Positions 8,406 to 16,700 of a DNA stretch of 34,519 nt are shown here, one piece after another (the first letter of the stretch is position 1; each line of letters begins with the position of its first letter). Below the pieces are notes generated by a model that was given only the letters and a program-made list of their open reading frames with translations, was not told the DNA's origin and ran no database searches. Made by a program: the position numbers and the translations under genes. Location of the stretch: positions 1 to 34,519 of the forward strand of contig JAIXZU010000057.1 in NCBI GenBank assembly GCA_027489415.1. The letters run 5' to 3'. The DNA comes from Alphaproteobacteria bacterium. GTDB taxonomy: Bacteria > Pseudomonadota > Alphaproteobacteria > UBA2136 > UBA6156.

Positions 8406-8467
8406 AAGTCCAACCTTTCTACCCCAACCTTCCCATCAAGGCCACACCTCACGCCCAACAAATCGCC

Positions 8468-9031
8468 TTAAACACGCCCAGTTTGGCGCAACCATTCGCC
8501 TAAGTCTTTATAATGTCGCAGGTGGCGCAACCAAAACGCCCGGATCTCATCAGCATCGCACTCCCCCGCAACCTTATCAAATCCGTCCAGAATCATAATC
8601 TGGTCCATCGGGGTCTTCCCTGCCCCCGCCAATAAAGCCACCGAAGCATGCTGAACCGAGCTAAACACCACAGGCTCTTTATCAGGTTCAGCATAAGCCA
8701 ACGCCTCCCGTATCGTAACCCGCCTGTCATCTTTGCCTTCCATCAGCCGGAGAAAATCCTCACCACCTAAAGTCTGGTTAGCAAACTTTACCAACGGGCC
8801 GGGAAATCCTCGCAATGCCTCAAAATAATAGCCAGCATCCGTCACCATCACCGGACCGCCAACCTTGTTGCAAGCCAAATCAGCAGCTGCCATTGCCACA
8901 TCTTCAACACTCATGCTCTGAATTTCTGGCAGTTCAAACTGTGCCCGAACCAAAGTCACACCGAAGGAAGACAGCAAATCATTGGCACTTCGCCATTTTT
9001 CATCATTTCCAGTCACAAATGTAATCTTCAT
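8468..9031 (-). CDS. Ham1/ITPA-family non-canonical purine NTP pyrophosphatase-like protein
   Basis: Preferred start is ATG 9031 (MKITFVTGNDEKW), with AAAGGGG upstream. It is collinear with ITPA-type motifs (FVTGN..K, LPEIQ, VMVTDAGYYFEALRGFPGPLVKF). The C-terminal FGWD/SHR-type motifs are diverged (PMDQIMILDGFDK). The extended ORF to 9154 runs into the upstream terminator. Confidence 0.65.
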   Translation of the reverse strand: MKITFVTGNDEKWRSANDLLSSFGVTLVRAQFELPEIQSMSVEDVAMAAADLACNKVGGPVMVTDAGYYFEALRGFPGPLVKFANQTLGGEDFLRLMEGKDDRRVTIREALAYAEPDKEPVVFSSVQHASVALLAGAGKTPMDQIMILDGFDKVAGECDADEIRAFWLRHLRHYKDLGEWLRQTGRV

Positions 9032-9095
9032 AACCCCTTTTAACAAAAAGTACCTTACCTCGCCAGTAGCCAACCCATTCAGTTTAAACCAACAA

Positions 9096-9124
9096 GAAAA
9101 GGCGGCGGGATAAATCCCGCCGCC
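9096..9124 (-). terminator. rho-independent terminator after the alpha-CTD gene
   Basis: Minus strand: GGCGGCGGGAT-TT-ATCCCGCCGCC followed by TTTTCTTG. Confidence 0.85.
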
Positions 9125-9132
9125 CAAATTAG

Positions 9133-9540
9133 CTAAACCTCGCGCTCCGGCCACTCTTCCGTTTTTTCCCGCCAGCCACGCCTGTCCATTTCAAAGCACA
9201 GGTCATGGGCCTCAAGGTAAGCCTTCACCTCATTCATGCATTTCCGCCCGAAATTCGGAATACGCAGGCACTCGCGCTCGGATTTATCGACCAGATCGCC
9301 AATGTAACGGATACGATCGTTGCGCAAACAGTTCCGGGTCCGGATGGACAACGCCTCCTCCAAACTGGGGATCGGCACATCCAGCTTCGTCCACAGCGCC
9401 AGCGTCTGGGCATCAGGCATGCCCTCGGCCGCCACCACCCCCTGGGCACGTAACAGGTCCAGAAACTGCATCAGCGCAGCCTCCATTTCAACGGATGGAT
9501 TCTCCAGCCGGATGTTCAAACGAATATCAATGCCACTCAT
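9133..9540 (-). CDS. standalone RNA polymerase alpha-subunit C-terminal-domain (alpha-CTD) protein
   Basis: 135 aa. Residues ~60-125 (LEEALSIRTRNCLRNDRIRYIGDLVDKSERECLRIPNFGRKCMNEVKAYLEAHDLCF) are collinear with the E. coli RpoA CTD ([55 protein letters not shown]). There is no alpha-NTD. AAGGAGA Shine-Dalgarno upstream and its own terminator. Confidence 0.8.
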   Translation of the reverse strand: MSGIDIRLNIRLENPSVEMEAALMQFLDLLRAQGVVAAEGMPDAQTLALWTKLDVPIPSLEEALSIRTRNCLRNDRIRYIGDLVDKSERECLRIPNFGRKCMNEVKAYLEAHDLCFEMDRRGWREKTEEWPEREV

Positions 9541-9608
9541 GTCAGGTCTCCTTAGTTCGACACGATGAAAACAATAACTAAATGTATACTAAATCCCCGG
9601 TACCGACA

Positions 9609-9641
9609 ACAAAAAACGCCGGAAGATCTCTCTCCCGGCGT
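9609..9641 (-). terminator. rho-independent terminator
   Basis: Minus strand: ACGCCGG-GAGAGAGATCTT-CCGGCGT followed by TTTTTTG, 6 nt after the stop at 9648. Confidence 0.8.
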
Positions 9642-9647
9642 TAATTA

Positions 9648-10100
9648 TCATGCCACTTCGGCAATACTCTGCACCATCGCCACTCCCGCACTGGAAGTCA
9701 GTACATTCCGCCAGTAGCGCCACGCACTCCCATCCGGCACCCTCACGGTGCTGTCGGCATAGTAATGCATGTCAATGGTCAGCTTGGCCTTCAGCTGCTC
9801 CATGGTGAAGGCTTGCCCATCAAGCATGGTCTCAAAAATCTGCTCTGTCAGCACCAACACGCTACGTTCAACGGATTCAACCGCGTCACGCCCCTGCATA
9901 ACACGAAAACTATGGCCAACCACCGCCGCTGACAGGTAAGGCTCATAACTCTCTCTCACCTCAAGGGAGGCGATATCGAGATAATTCTCATAAGCATCCG
10001 GCGTAAGCACGATCTTCGCAATCCACTCATCAGCAGGTACATGCACGGCCCAGTAAAGCATCAGCTCAACCCGGGCCTCATTATGTAAGGTAAACGTCAT
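9648..10100 (-). CDS. hypothetical protein (150 aa)
   Basis: Preferred start is ATG 10100 (MTFTLHNEARVEL), preceded by GGAGGA. No recognisable motif. It has its own terminator. Confidence 0.6.
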   Translation of the reverse strand: MTFTLHNEARVELMLYWAVHVPADEWIAKIVLTPDAYENYLDIASLEVRESYEPYLSAAVVGHSFRVMQGRDAVESVERSVLVLTEQIFETMLDGQAFTMEQLKAKLTIDMHYYADSTVRVPDGSAWRYWRNVLTSSAGVAMVQSIAEVA

Positions 10101-10298
10101 AGGTAGTCCTCCAACTGCCCCCAGGGGCGCTTCAGATAACCCATAAATACATGAAAATGTATCCAATAACAACAAAAAGTGGCCCCACCCAAGGGTAGCT
10201 CATACCACTGCTCCGTTTCCGGCCTGATGGAGTTTTGAGCGCCTTGTCGGAGCCACCTCCTCCCTGCCCCAACCAAACCACTACGTCAAGCCCCATAC

Positions 10299-10434
10299 CG
10301 GCGCGCAGCGACGTCTCGTGGGCCTGCACGCGCGAGGCTATAAACGGTCACTCTGGAATTTTTTGGCGTAGCGCGGTGTACGAGCGTACATAAGCTGCGC
10401 CAAAAATTTTCAGATGGCCGTTTTAGTCCGCGCC
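10299..10434. repeat. nested-palindrome intergenic element, subtype A, copy 3
   Basis: cggcgcgcagcgacgtctc...gcacgcgcgaggctataaacggtca...ttttggcgtagcgcggtgtacgagcgtacataagctgcgccaaaaa...ggccgttttagtccgcgcc. It lies in a divergent promoter region and is the only copy not next to a stop codon. Confidence 0.85.
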
Positions 10435-10470
10435 TTGCTCAAAGAAGCAATCCACCGTAGTGTGCATACC

Positions 10471-11049
10471 ATGAACAGTCACTACCGGCGCCGCAAACCG
10501 CGCCCGGCCCATAAATCGGGCCCCAAACCCGCCGAGGGAAAGGCTGGAGCCACCGCCTCCGAAGCCAAATCGCCTCCGGCCAAACGCAATAACCGCACCC
10601 AGAGGGGCCGCGGGCGTAGTGGCGCGCCCGTCGCCAAGTCGCGCTGGTTCTACGATGTCCGCCAGTACGCCATCCTCACCGATGCCGACAACAACATCCT
10701 GATCCTCCAACTCCCCAAGGAGTACGACGCCGCCGCTGCCAATACCTGGACCCTCCCCGGCGGGAAGCTGGAACCGTCGGACGAACCCGGCGAGGGCCTG
10801 CTGCGCGAAATCACCGAAGAAACCGGCCTGCCCGCTACCCTGCTCGGCCCCTGCGGTGTCGCCCGCTGGACCAACCGCAACAGCAAAAAACTGGGTATTT
10901 TCTACCGCGCCAGCATTGCCGGCAGCAAACCGGCGCTGAAACTCTCCAACGAGCACCAGCGCGCCATCTGGGTCAGCCTGTCCGAAATCACGGACTTCCC
11001 CTTCCACCGCCCCGAAATGGTCGAAGTCATCAAAAAAATCTCCACCTGA
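10471..11049 (+). CDS. NUDIX hydrolase with a ~60-aa Arg/Lys/Pro-rich N-terminal extension
   Basis: Nudix box GGKLEPSDEPGEGLLREITEETGL. Preferred start is ATG 10471, because the ORF-track start at 10414 lies inside repeat copy 3. Confidence 0.8.
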   Translation: MNSHYRRRKPRPAHKSGPKPAEGKAGATASEAKSPPAKRNNRTQRGRGRSGAPVAKSRWFYDVRQYAILTDADNNILILQLPKEYDAAAANTWTLPGGKLEPSDEPGEGLLREITEETGLPATLLGPCGVARWTNRNSKKLGIFYRASIAGSKPALKLSNEHQRAIWVSLSEITDFPFHRPEMVEVIKKIST

Positions 11050-11101
11050 CCCACCCAACGCACCACTCGACACGCCAAACACAAAGCGATACAAAACCCT
11101 C

Positions 11102-12049
11102 ATGAAGCAACACACTCTCCTCGTCCTCGGCTCCGGCGCTGCCGGCTGCACCGCCGCCATTTATGCCGCCCGTGCCGGTATCAAAACGACACTTATCCGC
11201 GGCAACCAGCCCGGCGGCCAGCTCACGATCACGACGGACGTCGAAAACTACCCCGGCTTCGCCGAAGCCGTCCAAGGCCCATGGCTGATGGAGCAAATGG
11301 AAGCCCAAGCCAAACACTGCGGCGTGGAAGTGGTTGCGGACCACATCATGGCCGCCGACCTCACCGCCAAAACCCTCACCGGCATGAACGGCACCGTCTA
11401 CAGCGCCGACGCCCTGATCATCGCCACCGGCGCTTCTGCCAAATGGCTGGGTCTGGAATCCGAAAAAACCTACAACGGCAAAGGCGTCTCCGCCTGCGCC
11501 ACCTGCGACGGCGCCTTCTACCGGAACCGCAACGTCGCCGTCATCGGCGGCGGCAACTCGGCGCTGGAAGAAGCCCTCTACCTCGCCAATATCGCGAAGC
11601 ACGTCACCCTCATCCACCGGCGGGATAGCTTCCGCGGCGAAAAAGTCCTCCAGAACCGCGTCCTGAACCACGAGAAAATCAGCGTCATCTGGAACTCCGC
11701 CGTCGATGAAATCCTCGGCGACCCCCACCCCATCACCGGCGGCGTCACCGGGCTGCGCCTCAAAAGCACCACGGACGGCACTCTTTCCGAACTCCCCGTC
11801 CACGGCGTCTTCATCGCCATCGGCCACCAGCCGAACACCAGCCTCTTCAAGGGGCAACTGGACATGGACGAAACCGGCTACCTCACCCGCCTCCCCGGCA
11901 CGGTGCTCCCCACCCACATGGGCCAACCACTCCCCGGTGTGTATGTCGCGGGGGACGTCGCCGACAGCATCTACCGCCAAGCGGTCACCGCCGCCGGCAT
12001 GGGTTGCATGGCCGCGCTGGACGCCAACCGCTACCTCGAAAGCCTGTAG
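11102..12049 (+). CDS. trxB: thioredoxin-disulfide reductase
   Basis: 315 aa with an FAD motif (LVLGSGAAGCTAAIYAARA), the redox CATCDG motif and an NADPH motif (VAVIGGGNSALEEALYL). Confidence 0.96.
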   Translation: MKQHTLLVLGSGAAGCTAAIYAARAGIKTTLIRGNQPGGQLTITTDVENYPGFAEAVQGPWLMEQMEAQAKHCGVEVVADHIMAADLTAKTLTGMNGTVYSADALIIATGASAKWLGLESEKTYNGKGVSACATCDGAFYRNRNVAVIGGGNSALEEALYLANIAKHVTLIHRRDSFRGEKVLQNRVLNHEKISVIWNSAVDEILGDPHPITGGVTGLRLKSTTDGTLSELPVHGVFIAIGHQPNTSLFKGQLDMDETGYLTRLPGTVLPTHMGQPLPGVYVAGDVADSIYRQAVTAAGMGCMAALDANRYLESL

Positions 12050-12066
12050 CCTCCAACCCAACAAAA

Positions 12067-12090
12067 AAGGCCCCAACCGGGGCCTTTTTT
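12067..12090 (+). terminator. rho-independent terminator after trxB
   Basis: aaggcccc-aacc-ggggcctt followed by tttt. Confidence 0.85.
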
Positions 12091-12278
12091 AAGGTCAGGC
12101 CTATACCCTGCTTCCGGAAATCCACCCCAAGGCTGGGACACCGTGCCTTGCGGCCAGATTTCCACAAAACAAACGGGGTAGGGCCCCCGTTTTTTGTAGG
12201 AAATCTCCGACCAGGCACCACCCTTACCTCTCACAGGCACTTCCTGTAAAACGGAGCCCCATTCTCAAATTCAAGAAA

Positions 12279-12303
12279 CAAAAAAGGGGCCACTCCGGCC
12301 CCT
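12279..12303 (-). terminator. rho-independent terminator after the GlsB/YeaQ gene
   Basis: Minus strand: AGGGGCC-GGAGT-GGCCCCT followed by TTTTTTG. Confidence 0.8.
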
Positions 12304-12323
12304 GCATTCATATCGGCAATCAC

Positions 12324-12587
12324 CTAAACCGCCACCTTCCCTTGGAATAAACGCAAAACAAACAGAAAAACAATGGCTCCAACAGTACTCACCGCCAAGC
12401 TCGGCAAAAACCCACCGCTCGACGGCATTAGCCCGAGAGACCCCAGAATCACCGGCCCGATCAGCGCCCCGATCAAACCAACCACCAAACTAGTCAGCAA
12501 CCCGTAGTTGCCACCCATCAGGTTTTCGGCAATCCATCCGGCCAGCAGGCCCACGATAATCGCCCCAAGAATACCAACACCAATCAT
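12324..12587 (-). CDS. GlsB/YeaQ/YmgE family stress-response membrane protein
   Basis: 87 aa, Gly-rich, 3 TM (GILGAIIVGLLAGWIAENLMGGNYGLLTSLVVGLIGALIG). Confidence 0.85.
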   Translation of the reverse strand: MIGVGILGAIIVGLLAGWIAENLMGGNYGLLTSLVVGLIGALIGPVILGSLGLMPSSGGFLPSLAVSTVGAIVFLFVLRLFQGKVAV

Positions 12588-12729
12588 AATTTCAGTCCCT
12601 TTGTTGTGATGATGGTTCCCCTATCGGAACCTCTGCAAGCCTAACGCACCACCGCTGCGCTTGTTCCAGAACGCGCAAACGCGCAGCCCTCTTGCCGAAC
12701 CGAGAATTTTTCCTTAAAGAAGAGCCACT

Positions 12730-12803
12730 GCGGGATTAGTTCAATGGTAGAACGGAAGCTTCCCAAGCTTCAGGCACGGGTCCGATTCCCGTATCCCGCT
12801 CCA
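12730..12803 (+). tRNA. tRNA-Gly (anticodon CCC)
   Basis: Manual cloverleaf: acceptor GCGGGAT/ATCCCGC, D stem GTTC/GAAC, anticodon stem GAAGC/GCTTC with loop TTCCCAA, 4-nt variable loop, T stem ACGGG/CCCGT, encoded CCA. The T loop reads TCCGATT, so position 55 is C rather than the conserved U. Confidence 0.9.
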
Positions 12804-12918
12804 GTCTTTACCCTGCGGGGCTAATGAATACGGGGTACTGCGTTTCCCGTATCCCGCTCCAGTCTTTGCCCTGCGGGGCTATGAATAAGGCGTACTACGT
12901 TTCCCGTATCCGTCTCCA
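12786..12918 (+). repeat. tandem repeat (period 57-58 bp, ~2.3 copies) that starts inside tRNA-Gly and reiterates its last 18 nt
   Basis: ttcccgtatcccgctcca occurs at 12786 and 12844, and ttcccgtatccgtctcca at 12901. The first two copies are followed by gtcttt(a/g)ccctgcggggcta(a)tgaata(c/a)gg(g/c)gtact(g/a)cg. Confidence 0.9.
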
Positions 12919-12942
12919 AAATGTCCGTATTGGCCTAATTGC

Positions 12943-13635
12943 TTAAAGCCCCTGCACAACGCTGCAACTACCATTATTGGAACTTAACTCAATTCTACCT
13001 GTCCATCTCGCCACGGGCATCAAGCTGGACTCTCCCATTACAATCACACCACTAGCACCGGATACCGCGCTGCTGTAGCGGTAAAGCTGGCCGTTTTTCT
13101 CATAAAAACGATACGTCCCGGAAGCTGATACACTGCACCCGCTGGAATCCCCATACGCATGGCAACTGTCAGAATCATTGATAAGGGTTGTCCATCCTGA
13201 AGTCGTTTGCATGCGCGCCGAGACCGCTGCAGAAGCCCGCGCACCCTGCCCACCCCGGCTACCGGTCGTAGCACTGGCGGAACAACTAATCTGCACATCC
13301 GTACCACTAGGTTTAGCAAGCGTATAGGTTCGGGCCGCGCCGGAGTGGCTTATGTTAGTCCCATTACGGGTCCCCGTCTTGACCGCCACACACCCAGTCG
13401 CATCAACACCGGTCGTCCCCGGCGCGTAAATCATGCCCTTCATACCACATTCCTTAATCGCGGTGGCCAGTGCCAGCGCGCCATCCGCTTTGGCGTTGGC
13501 GCTGTCGGCAATGTTTTTCAAAGCACTCCATGTCATCTGCACATCGGTCGCACCTCCTGCCGCACGCTCCTGCGCGGCAAGGGTGAAAGGAACGCCAAGC
13601 AGGGCCGCCGTCAGGGAGAACGAGATAATTTTCAT
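12943..13635 (-). CDS. secreted Cys-containing protein of unknown function
   Basis: 230 aa with a signal peptide (MKIISFSLTAALLGVPFTLAAQE). The mature part is Ser/Gly/Thr/Ala-rich with 6 Cys. AAGGGG Shine-Dalgarno upstream. Confidence 0.65.
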   Translation of the reverse strand: MKIISFSLTAALLGVPFTLAAQERAAGGATDVQMTWSALKNIADSANAKADGALALATAIKECGMKGMIYAPGTTGVDATGCVAVKTGTRNGTNISHSGAARTYTLAKPSGTDVQISCSASATTGSRGGQGARASAAVSARMQTTSGWTTLINDSDSCHAYGDSSGCSVSASGTYRFYEKNGQLYRYSSAVSGASGVIVMGESSLMPVARWTGRIELSSNNGSCSVVQGL

Positions 13636-13718
13636 AACCCCTTATATCATACCGAAGCGAAACCGTACCTGACACTCCCACAATCCCATAAACCATTGTG
13701 TCGGTTCAGAAACACCCC

Positions 13719-16700
13719 CTACCCATTCACAATCACCAACTCCGCCGCAATCTCCGCAAACATCTCGTCTTTGTCCCGGTTATCAGTGTTCTTCTCGGCC
13801 TTGGCGCACAGCCCGTGCAGCACCATGAAGCCCATCGCCCCGCTGGCCCCTTTCAGGCGGTGGGCGGCGCGGCTCCAGCGCTCGGTGTCGTCAAACATCG
13901 CCGCCGCTTCCAGCTCGTCCATGCATTCTTTCGCACTCTGCACGAAGGTCGAATGCAATTCGGCCCGCATCTCGTCACTCATCGGCGCAGGCCCCGTATC
14001 AGCCACCACGGCGCCCTGCTTGTTCCATACGTTCAGCTGCGCCACCAGCTTCGCGCGGTTCAGCGGCTTGGTCATGTAATCATCCATGCCGGCCGCAAGG
14101 CAGCGGGTGCGGTGCTCGGCCATGGCGTTGGCGGTCAGCGCCACAATCGGCGTGCGTTCCGCCGCGTTCTCGGCCTCCCAGGTCCGCATCAGCTCGGCCG
14201 CTTCGGGGCCGTCCATTTCCGGCATCTGCATATCCATCAGCACCAAATCGAACTTGCCCATTTTAAACACATCCACCGCAACCTTGCCGCTGGCCGCCAC
14301 GGAAACCTCGCACCCCAGCTCTTCCAGCATCTGGCGCACCACTTTCTGGTTCACCATGTCGTCCTCGGCCACCAGCACGTTCATGCTAAAGGCCATCGGC
14401 GCATCAGGGTCAAAGTTACCCTGTTCCTGAATGGTGTGGCGCGTTAAAATCCGCTCCTGCTCGGGCTGGGCCAGCAGCGCCGCCAGCATCGTCCGCACTT
14501 CTTCGGGGCGGGAAGGCTTCACAAGGTAGCCGTTAAACCCCTTGTCCTGGAAATACGTCGCATCGCCGCGCATCCCGCGGGATGAAAACACCATCATCGG
14601 CATCGTCGCGGTCAACGGGTGGTAACGCAGGTTCTCGCCCAGGTCGCCGCCACTCATCTCCGGCATGTCATGGTCAATCACCGCAATGTCAAACGGCACC
14701 GCCTCGGGGCCGGAAAGCCAGTTCAGCACCTCCTCGCCGGAGGCAAAGCTCCGAGCACTCGCGCCCCAGTACGCCAGCAACTCTTCCAGAATGGACACGT
14801 TCACAGGGTTGTCATCCACCACCAGCACCTGCTTGCCGGTCAGGTCGGCTATTTCCAGCGGCTGCACCGGCGTCATGTCCACCGTCGTCGGTAACGTGAA
14901 CCAGAAGGTGCTACCACGCCCCTGCTCGCTCTCAATGCCAATCTGCCCCCCCATCAGCTCCACCAGCTGCTTGCATATGGCCAGCCCTAAACCGGTTCCG
15001 CCGTATTTACGGGTGGTGGAGGCCTCCGCCTGCGTAAACCTCTCGAAAATGCTTTGCAGGTTGCTCTGGTCAATCCCAATCCCGGTATCCTGCACCGCAA
15101 TCTTCAAACACGTATGTCCCTCCACCTGCGGCGCGGCCTCTTCCTCCACACTCACCAGAATATGGCCGGTCTCGGTGAACTTGATCGCGTTGCTGATGAG
15201 GTTGTTCAAAATCTGCCGCAACCGCCCGGGGTCGCCGTAAATCCGCTCCGGCGTCCCCGGCGCGTAGCGCAGCAGCAGCTCCAGCTCCTTCTGGCTCGCG
15301 TTGGCGCTGTGAATATCAATCACGTCCTCAATCGTGCGGCTGAAATCAAACGCAATCGTCTCCAGCCCCAGCTGGTTCGCTTCAAGCTTGGTCAGGTCTA
15401 AAATATCGTTAATCACGTACAGCAACGTCTCGCCGGACTTCCTGATGGTGCGCACATAATCATCCTGCTGGCCGGAAAGCACCGTGCGGCTCAATAAGTC
15501 CGCCGTCCCCAGCACACCATTGAGCGGGGTTCTAATTTCATGGCTCATCGTCGCAAGGAACTGCGTCTTCGCACGGTCCGCCGCCTCAGCCTGGCTGCGG
15601 GAGGCCTCAAGCTCGCTGTTCTTCACCTCCAGCTCGGTCGCATAGGCCTGTAATTTCGCATCCGCCTGCTGCTTGCGGGCGGTAATGTCTTCAATCAACC
15701 CCAATAGCAGGCTCGGCTTGCCATCTTCGTCATAAATCGGCACTTTAATCGTGTGCGCCAACCACGTTCCGCGCGCGGGTGTGGTCACCTCTTCCTCATC
15801 AATCTCAATCACTTTACCCTCGCGCATCACGCGCTCATCGGTCTGCCGGAAGAACGCCGCCTCATGCTCGGGGAAATGCGCAAAATCACTCGTTCCCAGC
15901 ACATTCTCCGCCCGTAGCCCGAACAACTCTTCCGCCTTTTTATTCCACATGTCCCAGCGGTAGTTCTCGCGCACGTTTTTCACGAACAACCCCATCGGCA
16001 GGTGTTCGATAATCTCATGCAGAATATGCCCCTGCGCCGAAAGCTGGCTCTCGGCCTTCACGCGCTGGTCCACTTCCGCCAGCAGCCGCCGCCGCCAGCC
16101 CACCAGCAAGCGCAGACAAAACACCCACACCGCCCCCAACAACACCAGCACCACTGCCACCATGCAACTGCGCCAGATAATCCCCTGCCGCCACTCTTCC
16201 TCAATCGCTTCATTCAGCACGGTCAGCTTGGCACTCAACTGGTCAAGGTCACGGGTACTGGCCTCACTGACCGCCAGGTATTCCATTCCATTCAGCAGGC
16301 TCAACCCCTCTTGAACGGCATTTTGCCGGGCCAGCGCAAAACTCTGTTCCTCAATCTCGGCAAGCTTGGCCCGCTTGGCCATAATGTCATTCCCCAGCAC
16401 CGCCAGCTCCTCCGGCGCCATCCGCGTAATCGCAGCCACATCATCCGCCAGTTCTTGTTTGGCTGCCTCATAACGCTCCAGCCACATCGGCTGTACCGTC
16501 CGCGTGTAATGCTGCGCACGGTTTTTCACCTGTTCCGCGTGGTAAAGCACATGCCCTTTCATCTCCAGCATGCGCTCCTGCCGGATATTCGCCTCCTCCA
16601 TCTGCTGCACGCCCACCCACGCCTGCCACACCATCAGCATGATCAACGCCTTACCAGTCAACAGCAGCACCCACAGGGTTTTCAGGGGCAATCCCCCGGA

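Noticed and set aside
8406-8467. SRP RNA (ffs), which often lies upstream of dnaX
   Set aside because: The spacer is only 62 nt and lacks the conserved SRP domain IV hairpin motifs.
10423-12076. Minus-strand ORFs 10423..11160 (245 aa) and 11030..12076 (348 aa)
   Set aside because: They are antisense to the NUDIX and trxB genes, which carry unmistakable motifs. Their Gly/Ala/Asp/Val-rich composition is that of an artefact.
12786-12918. Possible CRISPR array (also considered for the heptamer repeats at 6253 and 6631)
   Set aside because: The repeats are contiguous, with no unique spacers of 25-40 bp. The first unit is part of a tRNA. No cas genes are present.
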